64,000 nt of DNA, taken from NCBI RefSeq assembly GCF_035594765.1, contig NC_085846.1, forward strand, positions 39,791,190 to 39,855,189. Reading direction: 5' to 3'. A model generated the notes under the pieces. It did not search any database, was not told the DNA's origin, and worked only from the letters and a program-made list of their open reading frames with translations. Positions 57,903 to 64,000 of this stretch are shown here, piece by piece; position 1 is the stretch's first letter, and each line of letters opens with the position of its first letter. The stretch is from Anolis carolinensis (taxonomy: Eukaryota). A program made the position numbers and the translations under genes.

Positions 57903-60098
57903 TATCTGCTTTGAACTGGGTTATCTGAATCCACACTGCCGTATTATCCAGTTCAATGTGGATTTTATATAGCTGTGTGGAAGGGGCCTTTGCCTTCATC
58001 CCAATTATGAGATCTTCTAATTTCTGTGATTACATTTTCTCCTTGTCCAGATGAAACAACAGCACGAGATGAAGAGGAAGAATGCAATGGAGAAAGTGCC
58101 GAGTGAATGCAACCTAAGGATATTTAGACGTCACTGCTTTCTTCCATGATACAATGGAAGGACTGCTAGTGCTAAGTTTACATGGCAACTCTCTTCACTG
58201 ATATTCTCATACTGGATGGCAATGTAGTGGGCACACTCTTGACTCCGACTTATAGTAGGGGTTAATCAGGGCCTTTCCACACAGCCATATAACCCAAAAT
58301 ATCAAGGCAGATAATCCACAATATCTACTTTGAACTGGATTATCTGAGTCCACACTGCCATATAATCCAGTTCAATGTGGATTTTATACAGCTGTGTGGA
58401 AGGTACAACCCTCCACATGTTACCCAACTGCTATTCTCAATATTTTTAATTGCTGGCTATGATGCCCATGCCTGCTGCGAACTACATTTCAGCAACATCT
58501 GATAAGATGTCTTTTATCCACTCCAGCCTACAACACGACACTGCCTCTTTCTTTTTTTTCGTATTTTGCTTTCTTCCTAAACTAATCTATCTCCTTCTCC
58601 CTTCCTTTTCCATTCCCCTGTTCCATTCTGTAGGGCTTCCTGTGTCCCAGGAATGATGTATGTAATAGAGTTTCAACTTCTGCCAATAAATAATGATAAT
58701 ACCTCTGAAAATTTTGTTGGCTGCATGTTTAATCCTAAAGGCACTGGGGTTGGAAAGGATCATCTCTCTGGTGATCAATGCATAGTAAAAGCAAAAACAC
58801 AAAGAGATGCTGCTTGCTAAACAAACACCTCAGATAGGAAAGGCTAGTTAAAATTCACTATTCCTGCCCTTAGTCCTAGACCTTTTTTACCATATAATCC
58901 AGATGTTTGTGTGTGTCAGGAGCGACTTGAGAAATTGCAAGTCACTTCTGGTGTGAGAGAATTGGCTGTCTGCAAGGACGTTGCGCAAGAGTCGCCCAGA
59001 TGTTTTTGATGTTTTTACCATCCTTGTGGGAAGATTCTCTCATGTCCCCGCATGGAGCTGGAGCTGATAAAGGGAGCTCATTCATTCCCCTGGTTGGATT
59101 TGAACCGGCAACCTTCAGATCAACTACCCAACCTTCATGTCATCAGCCCTGCCGGCACAAGGGTTTACCCACTGCGCCACCAGGGGCTCCATAATCCAGA
59201 TATCAAATTGGATTATCCACATCATCTGCTTTGAACTGAAATATATGAGTTTAATAAAGGTAAAGGTTTCCCCCTGACATTAAGTCCAGTCGTGTCCGAT
59301 TCTGGGGGTTGGTGCTCATCTCTATTTCTAAGCAGAAGAGCCAGGGTTGTCCGTAGACACCTCCAAGGTCATGTGGCCGACATGACTGCATGGAGCAGTG
59401 TACACTGCCATATAATCTAGTTCAAAGCAGATAATCTGGATTTTATATGGCAGTGTAGAAGGGCCCTAAGTGTTCCTGCCAGGGGGTTGGACTGGGTAGC
59501 CCTTGTGGTTTCTTCCAACTTAAGGATATTATGAAACCTCACTTATTGTTCATGGTGGCATGCATGACTCTTCTCCTGATAGCCTTATCGGACAGGCTGG
59601 TCTGAAAGTTTTGAATCCTATGGATATTGTTAGGCATGGGTATGCTGTTGAAAGAACATTGTCCCTAGACACATTTTAGAAGACGCCTTTGTCTTTAGAA
59701 CTGTTCAACATTTCATTTACTTCAGCAAGGCTCATCCATTCTAGTTAATATCACATAGATCATTCTGGGGGAAAATAGTTTGCTGAAATATTTTCAGTGG
59801 TTTGTCCATTTGTGGTGTAGGGATCTTTTCCTTTTCTTTCTCTGTTAAGAAATAATAATATTTTTCGTGTCAGGAGCGACTTGAGAAACTGCAAGTCACT
59901 TCTGGTGTTAGAGAACTGGCCGTCTGCAAGGATGTTGCCCAGGAGACACACAGATGTTTGATGTTTTTACCATCCTTGTGTGAGGCTTCTCTCATGTCCC
60001 CGCATGGAGCTGACAGAGGGAACTCATCCGCGCTCTCCCCGGGTTGGATTCGAATCGGCAACCTTCAGGTCAGGAACCCATCAATTCTGCCTGTACAT

Positions 60099-60141
<43 letters not shown>

Positions 60142-60723
60142 TATTTATTACCCAAGTTCCCTTTTAGCTCAAGGCAGGACACAATGCAATCAGATATGCC
60201 TATAAAAGCACACATTAAAACATATTTAAAATGCAAAGTAATGCTTTGTTGAGGTATACCCATAGAGGCGATAAAGCCTCTGTCAAAGAAGCTCATTTTT
60301 ACAAAGTCTTTTCAAACTTGCTCAACCCCTTCACATTTTCTTGTCCTCAGTCTAGCAGTAGATAGAAGTCCCCGGTGGCGCCTTGTGCTGGCAGGACTGC
60401 TGACTTGAAGGTTGAAGAGTATAGTCATAGTTAGCTACTCTAACATGTTAAAGAAGCATATAGCTGTCTACCTGCCCATAAAAATAGAAATCATAAGAAC
60501 AGTGGGGGTTGATGAAAGAAGCCATATTTTGGAAAAAGATTCAATACATTTTTGATTGCATATACATTTGATTGCAAACCTGGATCATATTCACCATAAA
60601 AACCATCAGCAGATATTGAACCTTTCATTTATTGCGAACCCTTGGTATCCTCGGGGATTTAATTCCAATGGATTATAGATAAAGACATAGTAAAATGGGC
60701 TCCTTTACATAAAAAATGTAAGT

Positions 60724-61045
60724 GGAGCCTGCGGTGGCGCAGTGGGTTAAACCACTGAGCTGCTGAACTTGCTGACAGAAAGGTCGGCGGTTAAAATCTG
60801 GGGAGTGGGGTGAGCTTCTGCTGTTAGCCCCAGCTTCTGCCAACCTCATAGTTTTAAATCATGCAAATGTGAGTAGATCAATAGGTACTGCTTTGGCGGG
60901 AAAGTAACGGTGTTCCATGCTGGCCACATGACCTTGAAGGTGTCTATGGACGTCGGCTCTTTGGCTTAGAAATGGAGATGAGCACCAACCCCCAGAGTCG
61001 GACACGATTGGACATAATGTCAGGGAAAACCTTTACCTTTACCTT
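60724..61045 (+). mobile_element. Full-length Sauria-type SINE (other copies at 47215-47428 plus and 59260-59397 minus)
   Basis: tRNA-like head, core sequence and (ACCTTT)n tail. Confidence 0.8.
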
Positions 61046-61523
61046 ATATTAAAAATGGTAAAATCAGGCTTCGCTTTTTAGAAATTTTAAGTGGGAATAT
61101 TTTCAATTCCTGGAGAGTGCAGAATCTGTGGGGAAGGGGATGCATCTACACTGTAGAATTAATGCAGTTTGATACCACTTTGGCTGCCATGGCCCAAGGC
61201 TATCAGATCATGGGAGTTGTAGTTTTAACAAGGTCTTGTGCCTTCTTTGCCAAAGAGTGCTGGTGCCTCACCAAACTAAAGATCCCAAGATCCTATAGTA
61301 TTGAAGAGGCTTCCAGAGTTGACTGCAAGACAGCCTTTGCTTACATTCGATTGAGATCAACTCCTTTGCCCCTTCATCAGCATGCGAAAGGATGACAGCT
61401 GGTCAATCATAAGAGAATTCTGTTCCCCACCGGCCACCGTAGGCCGGGCGGAAGAAGCCAAGCAGTGTTGTTATCCGCCGTTACTGAAACTAGACTGGCC
61501 GGGAAATTCTTCCCGTTTGAATC

Positions 61524-63489
61524 ATGGCGTTCAAGTGCCAGAGGGATTGCTGGCTCCAGCAGGTGCGGAAAAAAGGGAACGAGAACCTTTATTGCCACTG
61601 TTAATAGATGCATGCTAAATATAGAAACAAGGGGCTGTGTAACAAGGAGGAAGGGGACAAACATAGAGTGCATCTACACTGTATAATTAATCCATTTTGA
61701 TACCATTGTAACTACCATGGCTCAGTGCTATGGGATCCTGGGTTTTGTAGTTTATTGTGGCACCAGCACTCTCTGGTATAGAAACCTAAAGACCTTGTAA
61801 AACTACAACTCCTAGGATTCCATTGCATTGAGCCCTGGTAGTTAAAGTGGTGTCAATTTGCGTTAATTCTACAGTGTAGAAGCACCCTTAGAAGCATGCT
61901 GGATTTTCTCATGCTTAAGCAACTGTTCAGCATCTTTAGTCCATTCTACATTGCCATATAGAATCCAGATGACCTACTTTGAACTGGATTACATGGCAGT
62001 GTAGACTCATATAATCCAGTTCAAAGTAGATGATGTGGATTATCTGATTTGATACTTTGGTTTATAAGGCAGTGTAAAATGGGCCTCAGATAATCAAAGC
62101 AGATAATGTGGATTTTCTACCTTGAACTGAATTATATGAGTCTACTTCCATATAATCCAGTTAAAATCAGATAATATGGATTATCTGCTTTGATAATCTG
62201 GATTACATGGCAGTGCAGAAGGGGCCTCTGCTAACCAAAACTCTCAAACAATGGGCAAACTAACTAAAATTGTAGACTGTTATTTTTTATAATACAGTAA
62301 AACTATTATATTTAATTTGTCTTGATTTGTTTTTAATTACTTTACTTCAATATGAATATCAGGCCAATACAGAGTATATGGTATGGTATAGTATGTGGTA
62401 TAGTATTAGGCTGGATCTACACTGCCCTATATCTCAGGATCTGATCCCAGATTATCTGTTTTGAACTGGATTATACGATTTTACATTGCCAGATAATCTG
62501 GGATAAATTAATCTAGAATCAGATCCTGGAATATAAATCAGCATGGAAGGGATTTAGTTAGACCTAAATCCCTTCTACACTGCCATATAATTTAGATGAT
62601 CAACGCAGATAATCCACATTTTCTGCTTTGAATTGAGTTATCTAAGGCCCCTTCAACACAGCTGAATAAAATCCTATGTTATCTGGGATATATGGCAGTG
62701 TGGACTCAGATAACCCAGTTCAAAGCAGAGGTTGTGGGTTATTCTGCCTTGATATTCTGGGTTATATGGCTGTGTGGAAGGATCTGAGTCTACACTGCCA
62801 TATAATAAAATTCGGAGCAGATAATCTGGATTGTATATGGCAGTGTAAAAGGGGCCCTACGGTATTTTTTAATAATGACAGGCTAGAGCTACACTGCTCT
62901 ATATCCCAGGATCCCAGATTATTTGTTTATCACAGATTATTTGGCAGTGTAGACTCATATAATCCAATTCAAAGAGGGTAATCTGGGATCAGATCTTGAT
63001 ATATATGGCAGTGTAGATCTAGCCTATGGCAACCAGAAACTACATTTATCTGAAATCTACCAATCCCCATGAGTGTAGGGTAACTGAGGCCCCTTCCACA
63101 CAGCTGAATTAAATTCCACATTTTCTGCTTTGAACTAGAATATATGGTAATATGGACTCAGATAACCCAGTTCAAAGCAGACGTTGTGGGATTTTCTGCC
63201 TTGATATTCTGGGTTATATGGCTGTGTGGAAGGGCCGTGAGAGACTACTGTATATCTTTCATTTCTACTTTCAGGACAACTATTCCTTGTATACAAGAAG
63301 GCTTCCAGATTTTGAATTCAGCGACATTCATGCACATTCCCTCTACTTTTTCCTCCCCAGTTTACAACGCGAGTGGTGTCTTGCTGCCCTGCAGAATTAT
63401 CCACAGAAACCGGTGGAAAGAAGGAAAAACTCCAAGGATACCATGTCATCCTAGAAGACACCATTCTTTTCCCAGAAGGTGGAGGACAG
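61524..63489 (+). CDS. AARSD1: Alanyl-tRNA editing protein AARSD1 (AlaX), exons 1-2; the gene continues beyond the window
   Basis: Exon 1 61524-61562 MAFKCQRDCWLQQ|GTGCGG. Exon 2 63361-63489 FTTRVVSCCPAEL..GYHVILEDTILFPEGGGQ|GTAAC. Not shown correctly in the ORF track. Confidence 0.92.
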
Positions 63490-64000
63490 GTAACACTATT
63501 TTTGCTCAGATTTAGGATGGGATGTGTTTGATGAGCTGTAGCTGTAACATAACAACAACAACAACAACAACAACAACAATCCTCATCTTCTCACTGTTTG
63601 AGGTGGGATACAACATGGTCAAAACAGAGACATTAAACACAAGACTATTGAAATACATATAACAAGATACAGTTAAAATGCAGGTTCAAATTTATTGATG
63701 TAATGCAGATTAAAATTCACAAGTTAAAATGAACATAATGTACATTTCCTAATGCATTAATTGGGGTTTGCAGTGAACTGTTTTCGAAACCAAGGTCCCA
63801 TCTACACTGCACTTGTATATGATGCAGTTAAACTGCATTTTGAGTCTACCCTGACCATATGATGCATCTTTGAACTGCATTATATGGCAGTGTAGATGGG
63901 ACCAAAGACGTTAATTGATCCATCTGATTGTTCTGAAGATCTGAGTTCCTATTCCTTAAATTAAATATCTATCTGTGCTATTCTCATTCCAGATGTTAAA

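Overview
Vertebrate genomic DNA, most likely a squamate lizard such as Anolis (inferred from Sauria-type SINEs and the RTE/BovB, Vingi, L2 and MITE content). It holds the conserved gene block IFI35(-), RPL27(-), RUNDC1(-), PTGES3L(+) and the first two exons of AARSD1(+). All exon chains were rebuilt by hand with GT-AG sites and consistent phases. Introns and intergenic DNA are dense with Harbinger-, hAT- and Tc1-type MITEs, non-autonomous Helitrons, SINEs and LINE fragments. The standout is a very young 5.3-kb Ty3/Gypsy LTR retrotransposon (15626-20943, identical 303-bp LTRs) lying antisense in IFI35 intron 2. It has no tRNA primer-binding site but has a perfect 11-nt Tf1-style self-priming pair. 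It also carries a consensus splice donor just after the Gag zinc knuckle and a consensus acceptor just after the pol stop codon. Splicing between them would remove the whole pol region and give Gag an in-frame acidic tail encoded by the PPT and 3' LTR. TE family names come from motif recognition only; no database search was run.
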